Assembly: GCA_963933835.1 (NCBI GenBank)
Contig: CAWVVV010000001.1
Location: 448,001 to 512,000 of the forward strand
Direction: 5' to 3'
DNA: 64,000 nt
Source: an uncultured Puniceicoccaceae bacterium
GTDB taxonomy: Bacteria; Verrucomicrobiota; Verrucomicrobiia; Opitutales; Oceanipulchritudinaceae
Positions 1 to 7,921 of this stretch are shown here, piece by piece. Position 1 is the stretch's first letter, and every line of letters starts with the position of its first letter. The position numbers and the translations under genes were made by a program. The notes beneath the pieces were generated by a model that made no database searches, was not told where the DNA came from, and was given only the letters and a program-made list of their open reading frames with translations.

Positions 1-672
1 GCGGAGAAAGAACTGCTCGGTTTCTACGTCAGCGGTCACCCCATGGACGCCTTCAAGGGACTCAGCGATAAACTCGACACCTTCCAAGGCGAAGACTTCC
101 GCAAAATGGAGAACCGCGAAGCCTTCCGTCTCTGTGCTGTCATTACTGGAGTTTCGAAGAAGATTTCCCGACGCGACAACAGGGCATGGGCGATTCTGAC
201 GGTCGCCAATCGGACCATGTCTTACGAAGTTTGCGTTTACTCCGAGAGCTTCGAAACCTGTGGAGATCACCTTGAGATCGGACGCTGCATCATGCTCGAA
301 GGCTACATTCAACGCCGTCAAGACGACGAAGTGACGCTCGCAGCGACGAAGGTAGCAGACCTCGTGGCATCACTTCCCTCGGTCATGAAAGAATTGACCT
401 TCGTCATATCGCCCAATGGCGACTCAGAAGATTTTATCGATACGCTTAGAGACAGACTATTGCCTGCCCAGGGACCGCTGAAGGTAACCCTCGGTTTCCT
501 CGTCGATTCTGACCATGTCGTCGTAGCCGACCTCGCAACTTCACTCAACTGGTCCATGCCAATGGGAGACTTTCGTGAGCTGGCGGCTCATCCCGCCGTT
601 GAAGATATCCTTCTTGTTGCAAGCGAACCTGAAATTCCAGCGCCTCGCTGGGCAAAACGAAAAAGCAGTTAG
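1..672 (+). CDS. dnaE: DNA polymerase III subunit alpha, C-terminal part (gene starts before the window)
   Basis: Frame is open from base 1 and reads AEKELLGFYVSGHPMD (typical DnaE EKELLGxYxSGHP motif), followed by an OB-fold-like segment and the C-terminal domain. Confidence 0.9.
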   Translation, partial: AEKELLGFYVSGHPMDAFKGLSDKLDTFQGEDFRKMENREAFRLCAVITGVSKKISRRDNRAWAILTVANRTMSYEVCVYSESFETCGDHLEIGRCIMLEGYIQRRQDDEVTLAATKVADLVASLPSVMKELTFVISPNGDSEDFIDTLRDRLLPAQGPLKVTLGFLVDSDHVVVADLATSLNWSMPMGDFRELAAHPAVEDILLVASEPEIPAPRWAKRKSS

Positions 673-708
673 GAAGAAACCAAGCCGCCTAAACCTCCCA
701 CCCTTTCC

Positions 709-1587
709 ATGACCAACGATCCTGCCAAAAACCCGATCAAATCCGATTTTGCGACGGGCTTACTGATCTACTCGATCACCGCCTTTATCTTTTTTCCGCT
801 CACGCGGTTTCTTTTTGATCAGACGGTCAATCAAGACCAGCTACTCCACTCCTTCCTCGTCTTGTCGATGGCTGGCGCGCTCCTAGTTTATGAGAAGCGC
901 GTGAGGCTGAATCCGGTCTGGGAGCTCGGGCTCTGGAGTCGACGCCTGCTCATCATCTCCTACGTCATCCTCATTACCGTGGTCATGACGGGCTGGACGC
1001 TGTTGATGATTCCAAGCTTTTCCTGCGCAGTCGCATCGGCTGCTATCTTTGTTTTTGGTGACCAAGTAAAGCGGTTCGTCGCTGCACTCGTCGGCGCCTT
1101 CACTCTTTTCCAAGGCTTCGTCCTTGCTCTACCATTTCTCGACTGGCCGCTTCGAGGAGTCGCTGCGCAGATGTCGGGGAGCGTCCTGAAGTTTCTTGGT
1201 CGAGAGATCGAAATACGTCTCTATCAACTTGATGAACCTGCCCTCCTGCTCCTTAGCAATGGGAAGGAGTTCCTCGTCGCACCTGAGTGCAATGGCTTTG
1301 GCGTCACCGTCTCTTCTCTACTCCTCGCGCTCCTCCTCGTCGTCTTCCGCCGGATTAAACTTTCAGGAAAGATCGGGTCTTTCTTCCTCGCTGGAATCAT
1401 CGGTCTGATCGGAAATACGATTCGGATTACGATCATCGTTCTCCTCGCGCCCATCGTTGGCGAAGACGGCTACCATCTAATGCATGAGATCGTCGGCACT
1501 ATCGTCTACTACGGAACCTTAACCTTTATCTGGTGGATGATTCTCCGCCTCCCGACGATCAAAGAAGTCCCCCCTCCCTCTTCCTAA
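709..1587 (+). CDS. Exosortase/archaeosortase family membrane transpeptidase
   Basis: About 8 hydrophobic helices; catalytic-type motifs VAPECNG (Cys), GNTIRI (Arg) and MHE (His). Confidence 0.8.
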   Translation: MTNDPAKNPIKSDFATGLLIYSITAFIFFPLTRFLFDQTVNQDQLLHSFLVLSMAGALLVYEKRVRLNPVWELGLWSRRLLIISYVILITVVMTGWTLLMIPSFSCAVASAAIFVFGDQVKRFVAALVGAFTLFQGFVLALPFLDWPLRGVAAQMSGSVLKFLGREIEIRLYQLDEPALLLLSNGKEFLVAPECNGFGVTVSSLLLALLLVVFRRIKLSGKIGSFFLAGIIGLIGNTIRITIIVLLAPIVGEDGYHLMHEIVGTIVYYGTLTFIWWMILRLPTIKEVPPPSS

Positions 1588-1673
1588 TCCTAATCCCAAT
1601 CTTAATCTTAATCTCCATCCGAATCCGTCGAGATTTGGATTAGGATTATGAGTTTAGATTTGGATTTGGAGTT
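1585..1673. repeat. Inverted array of degenerate hexamers, (YAATCY)x7-GTCG-(RGATTW-like)x7, between convergent genes
   Basis: Read directly: taatcc taatcc caatct taatct taatct ccatcc gaatcc | gtcg | agattt ggatta ggatta t gagttt agattt ggattt ggagtt. Confidence 0.85.
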
Positions 1674-2046
1674 AATCCCAGAGTGCGATTCTCAAGAGCC
1701 ATAACCACCCGGCGAGAAATGCGAGGCCTCCGATCGGGGTGATCGCGCCCAGCCACCCGATGCCAGTGAGGGAGAGGATATAGAGGGAACCTGAGAATAT
1801 CACTATCCCCACGATCCACGCATGACGCGTGAAGCGCACTAGGCTAGCTCGGACACCCAAGCCACCCAGTGCAAGCAGTCCCACGGAATGAATCAGGTGG
1901 TAGAGCACCGCGGTCTCCCACGTATCAACGCGGTCCATTGCGATCAGGCGATCTTCGAATAGATGGGCTCCAAATGCACCGATTGCGACCCCTAGAAAGC
2001 CAAGGATCGCAGCCGCTCGAATCGATTCATTAACGTCATTTCGCAT
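1672..2046 (-). CDS. DUF423 (YgdD/TMEM256-like) small membrane protein
   Basis: Motifs GAFGAH, WETAVLYHLIH, IFSGSLY and LGAITPIGG. Start placed at ATG 2046, which overlaps the upstream A2M stop. Confidence 0.9.
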   Translation of the reverse strand: MRNDVNESIRAAAILGFLGVAIGAFGAHLFEDRLIAMDRVDTWETAVLYHLIHSVGLLALGGLGVRASLVRFTRHAWIVGIVIFSGSLYILSLTGIGWLGAITPIGGLAFLAGWLWLLRIALWD

Positions 2047-5000
2047 CCTTAACCTCCAATCTCCATTCATCAGTATTTCCAAATACGTGATTGAGATACA
2101 TCGGTTCGACGATGGCTGGTTGTGCCTGAAAACGACCAGGGGATTCTGCCCTGAGTCTGTAGCGAATTTCCCATACACCCTCCGGCAGTCGGTCAAAAAG
2201 AAGGCCGACATGCTTATCTCTGAGCTCCAAGTATCCAGAGATTTGTTCGAGGTTCGGCGCTGGATTAACCGTATCAGCAACACGACGGGCAATCGCACTT
2301 GGCCCGCTCAATACCTGAACGGCCTCAAATCCAGCCGGCTTAGGATCCTCGATCAAAACGTAGCTCATGTCCCGCGGACATTCGATGCGCAGGACCACTT
2401 CGATCCGATCACCAGAATTCACGAATGCTTTATCATCGAGCGGCGTCATAATCTCACTGACACCTTGTAGAAGAGTTGGGACGGGCTTGAGATGAACATA
2501 GGAACGCGAGATAGAAATATCACTTGAGCCAGCATTCAAACGCTCTGATTGGTCATAAAACTCCGCGTAGAGCTCAAAATTAAACCCAAGTCTAGAATCC
2601 GAACGTTTGATCGAAATCACATCTTCAGGGTTGATTGACGCTGTATCCAAATCTGCCACCGCGGGCACCCAATCCTTCGAAGTCAGCTCGATCGTGGTGT
2701 CACCGGACGTCGCCGAATAGACAACCGCCTTCTGATCATCCTCCGCTTGGCGTAAGTAGTTGGAAATAGCGATCACAGCCAATCCCGTAGAGCGCGTATT
2801 TTGCCAATGCGTACCTGTCCTGTTACGCGCTAACCAAGTAACGGCAGGCTCAATCAAGCGGCTGCGTTGATCAATTTCGAGTAAGGCCGAAAGCACCCAT
2901 GCGGTTGATTCCACCGCTCCTTCGCTCCAATGATAGTAGCCCACTTGTCGGCCCCAGAAGGCCGTCGGCAAGGTCAACGGATGACCCTGTGCGTCTTTGC
3001 TGCCGCTTAAATTACCTGAGCTTTCTTGCACCGTATTCTCCAGATTACGGATGATCAATTCAGCGTCTTCATCGAAACCAAAGTAGTGCGCGCTCAAGGC
3101 AAGCATCGCGAGATTCATTGGCTTAAGCGTACCACGCCTAGACATCAGGTTGAGAAAGCTCCGAGCCTCCATCCGGGAAGGGCGCCCCACTCCGTGGCCA
3201 CGGTAGCGGCTCGACAATGCGAGCAGGACCCAGGATTCACGCGAGGGTGATAACTCGGATTCGATGAGCTGGCGTTCCAGCCAGTCGCGCGCTGCACCCA
3301 TATCAATCGATTCCAAATCGACGTCCATTTCCTCTGCTAGGGTGAGTGACCAGACCGCGTAGGCTGTCATGAAAAGATCACTACGCCCGCCCGGCATCCA
3401 TGGCCAACTGCCGTCTGCCAGCTGAAGTTCTTCCATTCGAGTAATACCATCAGCAATAACTTCTTCGAGAAGATCACGAAAATCTTCTCGCCCACCAACG
3501 GCTTCATTGGAAAGCTCTCCGAAGATAAAACTATCGATCTCTTCTAGATCAAGCGCGAGCTGTTCTGCAGCTCCCATCACCGCCACAGAAGGCAGGAAGC
3601 GACTGAGCGTCTGCTCGGTGCAGCCATAAGGAAATTCGATCAAATACGGCAACGCGCCAAGCATCTGAGTCGCATATGTCGTCGAGAGTTTAAGCGTCAC
3701 TTGTGTATCTTTGCGCTCCTCCGAGGCGGGCAGATCTAGCTTCAGCTCTACGTTGTCTTCACTCGTGCGACCAACAAGACCCACCGTCCGATTCATCCCA
3801 CTCGGGATGATTTCGATCATGCGCTCTACGCCGTCTGAGTGATTGTGTGAGATGGCTCCAAGGCTGAGTTCAGCCTGACCCACTGTTTTTGCCTCTACTT
3901 CCCACTCAGCTCGAAAAAGCCCTCCAGCGGGCACCCGCTTGCGAAGGATCTCAGCACCCTCTAATTCAAGAATCTCGTCCACTTCAAAAGCCGCCGTGAC
4001 GTCGATCGGGCTCTCGGTGTTGTTCTGAATGATGCCACTGAGCTTCGCGACATCCCCTTCAACAAGGAAGCGCGGGGTCTGCATCCGAGCAACGAGCGGC
4101 AGGCGCGTTGTCGTGCGCAAACTAGTTTCACCGACACGGGTATCTCCTGTGATCGCGAGTGCTTGAAGCCTCCACGCAGTGAGGTTGTCTGGAAATTCGA
4201 GCTCAACGGTCGCTTTACCCTCCGCATCGGTCTGCACACGAGGAAGCCAAGCTAGGGTCGAGCGGAAGTCGCTGCGAAGGGACATTTTTGATATGTCCAA
4301 TTCCAGTAGAAACTCATTGTCAATTGCAGCGGCCGATAATGGCAAATCCCTCAAGGACGTGTTCAAACTAGTTCCTGAAATAGAATTAATAGAGCGATAC
4401 CCGACATCGTCGGATAAATCTACAGTGAATGGTGACAACTCGATTATTTCATCCTGCGATTCGAACGGAGAAGACTCCGCAGACTGTTCCAGCGGCTGAA
4501 AGAATGGCTGGTTCCTTAAAGAACTGCGCGAACCAAAGTCATGCGTGTTCTTATCCCCGTAGAAAGCTTCGAGAACTGAAAGCCTCGAGGTGTCGACGAG
4601 CGAATAGAGCGCTTCGTCAGATGCGAAAAAAGTCAGCTCGGTTTCAACTGGGGTTCCATCCGCATCGAGCACGAGCAAATCTACCGATGCCATGTCTCCT
4701 GGCTCATAGCCATCCTGATCAGGTGAGATTAAGACATCGAGATATTGCTCACTCGGCGGGACTTCTAATTCGATTGAATCAGTCAGGTGAGCTTCATTTG
4801 AGATGAGCGAAACATCGACGAAGGCATTTGGGAAAAATTCGGGCGATGGCAGGATTGTAATCAACTTACTACTACCATCGAGACGAATAACTCGGTGCTC
4901 GATAAGTGCGTCTGCGCTGATCGTTAACAAGGCCCAGCGATTCTGAGCCGGAGCGGCGATCATGAGCGGGATCGGAGTCCCAACTTCAAATGGCCCATTA

Positions 5001-7765
5001 TTTGCGACAAGCTGAACCCCACCGGGACGGTAGCCCAGCTCTGTAACCGCTTTGTCGCTGACCCAGAGTGGCACCTCCGCCGTAACTGGCCGCCCACGCT
5101 CTCCTCGGCTGATCCACTCGAAAACGTAGTAGCCCGTCTCGGGAGGACTAAAGACGTAGTGGGCGAAGCCCTCGGCATTCGTCACGAGTGCCTCACGCAC
5201 AATTTCTTCGGTTACAAAGCCAGACTCCAGAAGGCGGTAATCACTCTGAGCGGCATTTATGATAGAGCGGTCAGGCAAGGTGCGGTAGGTCTCCCCACTG
5301 ATTTCTGAGCCCCTTTTGCGATGCACGTAGACTTCACGCCATTGCTCCCGAGTCACCCGCAAGGTGCCGTCATCGACGACGGGCTGTTCATTCGCATCTT
5401 GTAGTGAAATTTTAACGCGCCCGCTATCGCCGGGGGCAAGTAATCTACGATCTAAGGTCAGCTCAGAAAAATACGCCTGCTGCGTTACATGGACACTCGC
5501 CGCCGTTACCGTTTCACGCCGTGACAAGTCACGCACTCGCGCTTCAAAGGCGTAGGTGTAATCCTGATCAGCGTCTCTAAGCGTGCGATAGGAGAAGGTT
5601 GCATGGCCACGTGCGTCTGTCGTGAGGTTGATGCGCTCAAGCTCTTCGGACTCGTATGACGGGTAGAAGTCCCTTCTCCTCAGGTCCAGATCTGCATAAC
5701 CATCGTAGGGCACAATACTCCAAGACTGATACGGCGTCCGCGTGACAATGATTTCAACGGTCGCATCTTCAACCGCTCCTCCCGCGTAGTAGTTCACGTT
5801 CAGAGTCCCCTCGAGTTCATCTCCTGGATAAATCGGAGCGCTCGAACCAAAGCTTATCTTCGCTTCGATGTCTGGCGTGCGATACTCTTCAACATAGAGG
5901 GCAAAGTTGTCGCTGTCCCAATACTCCAATGCATCTCTTTCGACGCTAAACCCGTATTCTCCGAGCGGAGCATCCGAGGGAAGCTCAAAATCGAGGACAA
6001 AACTCCCACTCGAATTCATCTCAAGGGAACCCTCTGTTATATAGTCACCGCCCCAAGATCCAAATTCGTATTTAAAATCTTCCGACAGGTCCGGAAGCGA
6101 CCACTGATTGTCCGTCTTCTCTCTCAACCAGCCAACGAGGCGAACAGTATCTCCCGGCCGATAAATCGAACGGCCAGTGACTAGATAGACCATCCTTTCG
6201 CTAGTGTCGCGAGTGCCTGACCACGAATTATTGACGAGCGCTGTAGCGCCTTCGCCAAAACTACTCGAAGCCAACAAGACCCGCTGCACACTCCCACGCA
6301 AATGGTCGGGGACAGTGTAGCTCCAGAGACCCTCGTCATCCGTCGTGCCCGAAAGCTGAACTTTGACAGGATCCTTTCCGCGCCCATCGGGCCACGCCTT
6401 GAGCTCAAGGGAAAGATCTACATTGGGGCGCGGTTCGCCATCATCGGCGTCGGCGAGATAGAAGAGAATCTCATCGCCTACTTCGTGACTCAAAATGACA
6501 AGGTCGGTCACATAGAGCGGAGCGAAAGCGACTGTCTCGCCACTCGTGGCCACAACAACATATGCCCCGGGTTCAAGCGATTGCTCGAGACGCACGCGAT
6601 CCAGAACAGGATAATGCGGAAAAGCTGGGAGTGCCTGCAAATTACTCAGGCTACTCGACGGCACGAGTAGATCCAGCGGCGGAGGCACCTCACCTGCTTT
6701 CCCACTATGGAGCACATGGCTGAGGGGGTCGACGCGGTAGACTTCGACCGATGGGGCCTCGATGTTTCTCCAGCGCACTGCGAATTGAACCTCGGCCTCA
6801 AGCCGGAAGGCATGGCTGACAAGGACCTTCAAATCGGGCGTCTCAAGACGTTCGATCGCCCGCTTAGCACGATCACGGAAATGGCTCCATTCCTCCCTCT
6901 TGGTCTCAAGGAGCTTTTCATAAGCCAGCTTAGCGTCGATGTAGTCAGGCTTAAAGATGAGTTGGCCGACGTCGTTATACTCCGACATGCCGTAGCGCTC
7001 TGACCACTGCCCATGTTCCCAGAGAGCCAGAGCATAGGTCGACGTCTTCGACCCAGCCGCGACCGCCCGAGCAAGGGCATCGCCTTGGCGGATACGTATC
7101 TCAGGGGCGTTCTCCATCGATTGCCGTGCGTAGGCGTGAGCTAACTCGAGATTGAAATAGGCACTGTCTTCGTCGCTCTGTGCGATGTGCACCGCTTGAC
7201 GCAAGACGCCGAGCGCGTGATCTGTGTTGCTGTAAGTTCGACCCAGTTTGCGAACGAGACGCAGGTATTCCGGCCTCGCACGCACCAGATCGGTCGACGA
7301 TGCCCAGTATTCGAGCAACTCGTCGAAGAGCGTCTGCCCGTCGTCCGTTCGAGAAAGGTAGGTCGCGGCATTCTCGTAGAGGCTCTGCCAAAAAGCGTCC
7401 TTCGGTCTATCTTGACGAATTTCCCGCGCTGCCGAGAAGACGGCCTCACTTAACTCAGAGAGAATGCCCTCTTCAGCCTCGTCCCAGGTGCGATTCTGAA
7501 GCCGCAGTTGGTAAGTGGTCAGGCGGTCGTAAGCCTGCGCTTGCAAGCGATCGAGCGGAGTCGCCCGCGCATCGACAGCAAGCTCAACAAAGATCGGCTG
7601 AGCGATGGCAAACGAACCTTCCTCAAACGCAGCCATGGCCTCTTCGAAACGGGTCGGGGTCGACCCCCGTTCGGCGGCTTCTTGGGCGCTGAGCGGTGCA
7701 AGAAGCACGCTAAGCAGGCAAAAGACGGTGTAGACTAGGCGGGGAGGGAGTGGGAGCGCACGCAT
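2036..7765 (-). CDS. Bacterial alpha-2-macroglobulin (MG2/A2M) family protein with intact thioester motif
   Basis: 1909 aa with signal peptide; MG-domain motifs (RSIYRPGDTV, VEEYRTP, FPDNLTAWRL, PRFLVEGD); thioester PYGCTEQT at 3611-3622; C-terminal YRLRAESPGRF. Confidence 0.92.
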   Translation of the reverse strand: MRALPLPPRLVYTVFCLLSVLLAPLSAQEAAERGSTPTRFEEAMAAFEEGSFAIAQPIFVELAVDARATPLDRLQAQAYDRLTTYQLRLQNRTWDEAEEGILSELSEAVFSAAREIRQDRPKDAFWQSLYENAATYLSRTDDGQTLFDELLEYWASSTDLVRARPEYLRLVRKLGRTYSNTDHALGVLRQAVHIAQSDEDSAYFNLELAHAYARQSMENAPEIRIRQGDALARAVAAGSKTSTYALALWEHGQWSERYGMSEYNDVGQLIFKPDYIDAKLAYEKLLETKREEWSHFRDRAKRAIERLETPDLKVLVSHAFRLEAEVQFAVRWRNIEAPSVEVYRVDPLSHVLHSGKAGEVPPPLDLLVPSSSLSNLQALPAFPHYPVLDRVRLEQSLEPGAYVVVATSGETVAFAPLYVTDLVILSHEVGDEILFYLADADDGEPRPNVDLSLELKAWPDGRGKDPVKVQLSGTTDDEGLWSYTVPDHLRGSVQRVLLASSSFGEGATALVNNSWSGTRDTSERMVYLVTGRSIYRPGDTVRLVGWLREKTDNQWSLPDLSEDFKYEFGSWGGDYITEGSLEMNSSGSFVLDFELPSDAPLGEYGFSVERDALEYWDSDNFALYVEEYRTPDIEAKISFGSSAPIYPGDELEGTLNVNYYAGGAVEDATVEIIVTRTPYQSWSIVPYDGYADLDLRRRDFYPSYESEELERINLTTDARGHATFSYRTLRDADQDYTYAFEARVRDLSRRETVTAASVHVTQQAYFSELTLDRRLLAPGDSGRVKISLQDANEQPVVDDGTLRVTREQWREVYVHRKRGSEISGETYRTLPDRSIINAAQSDYRLLESGFVTEEIVREALVTNAEGFAHYVFSPPETGYYVFEWISRGERGRPVTAEVPLWVSDKAVTELGYRPGGVQLVANNGPFEVGTPIPLMIAAPAQNRWALLTISADALIEHRVIRLDGSSKLITILPSPEFFPNAFVDVSLISNEAHLTDSIELEVPPSEQYLDVLISPDQDGYEPGDMASVDLLVLDADGTPVETELTFFASDEALYSLVDTSRLSVLEAFYGDKNTHDFGSRSSLRNQPFFQPLEQSAESSPFESQDEIIELSPFTVDLSDDVGYRSINSISGTSLNTSLRDLPLSAAAIDNEFLLELDISKMSLRSDFRSTLAWLPRVQTDAEGKATVELEFPDNLTAWRLQALAITGDTRVGETSLRTTTRLPLVARMQTPRFLVEGDVAKLSGIIQNNTESPIDVTAAFEVDEILELEGAEILRKRVPAGGLFRAEWEVEAKTVGQAELSLGAISHNHSDGVERMIEIIPSGMNRTVGLVGRTSEDNVELKLDLPASEERKDTQVTLKLSTTYATQMLGALPYLIEFPYGCTEQTLSRFLPSVAVMGAAEQLALDLEEIDSFIFGELSNEAVGGREDFRDLLEEVIADGITRMEELQLADGSWPWMPGGRSDLFMTAYAVWSLTLAEEMDVDLESIDMGAARDWLERQLIESELSPSRESWVLLALSSRYRGHGVGRPSRMEARSFLNLMSRRGTLKPMNLAMLALSAHYFGFDEDAELIIRNLENTVQESSGNLSGSKDAQGHPLTLPTAFWGRQVGYYHWSEGAVESTAWVLSALLEIDQRSRLIEPAVTWLARNRTGTHWQNTRSTGLAVIAISNYLRQAEDDQKAVVYSATSGDTTIELTSKDWVPAVADLDTASINPEDVISIKRSDSRLGFNFELYAEFYDQSERLNAGSSDISISRSYVHLKPVPTLLQGVSEIMTPLDDKAFVNSGDRIEVVLRIECPRDMSYVLIEDPKPAGFEAVQVLSGPSAIARRVADTVNPAPNLEQISGYLELRDKHVGLLFDRLPEGVWEIRYRLRAESPGRFQAQPAIVEPMYLNHVFGNTDEWRLEVKDAK

Positions 7766-7921
7766 GGTGTTCTGCAGAGTTGGACGCTGCTAAGGTAAGA
7801 ACGTTCTCGATCTTTCAAACTTAGGAAAGTTGCCATTGTGCACAATAATCCTGCACGGTAACCACCTACAGATCGGATTGGACGGGAATAACACCCAGCG
7901 ATCAAACATCTTTCGGAACAC

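Noticed and set aside
1585..1673. Hexamer array as a CRISPR array or telomere-like repeat
   Set aside because: There are no unique spacers or cas genes, and the array is internal, degenerate and inverted.
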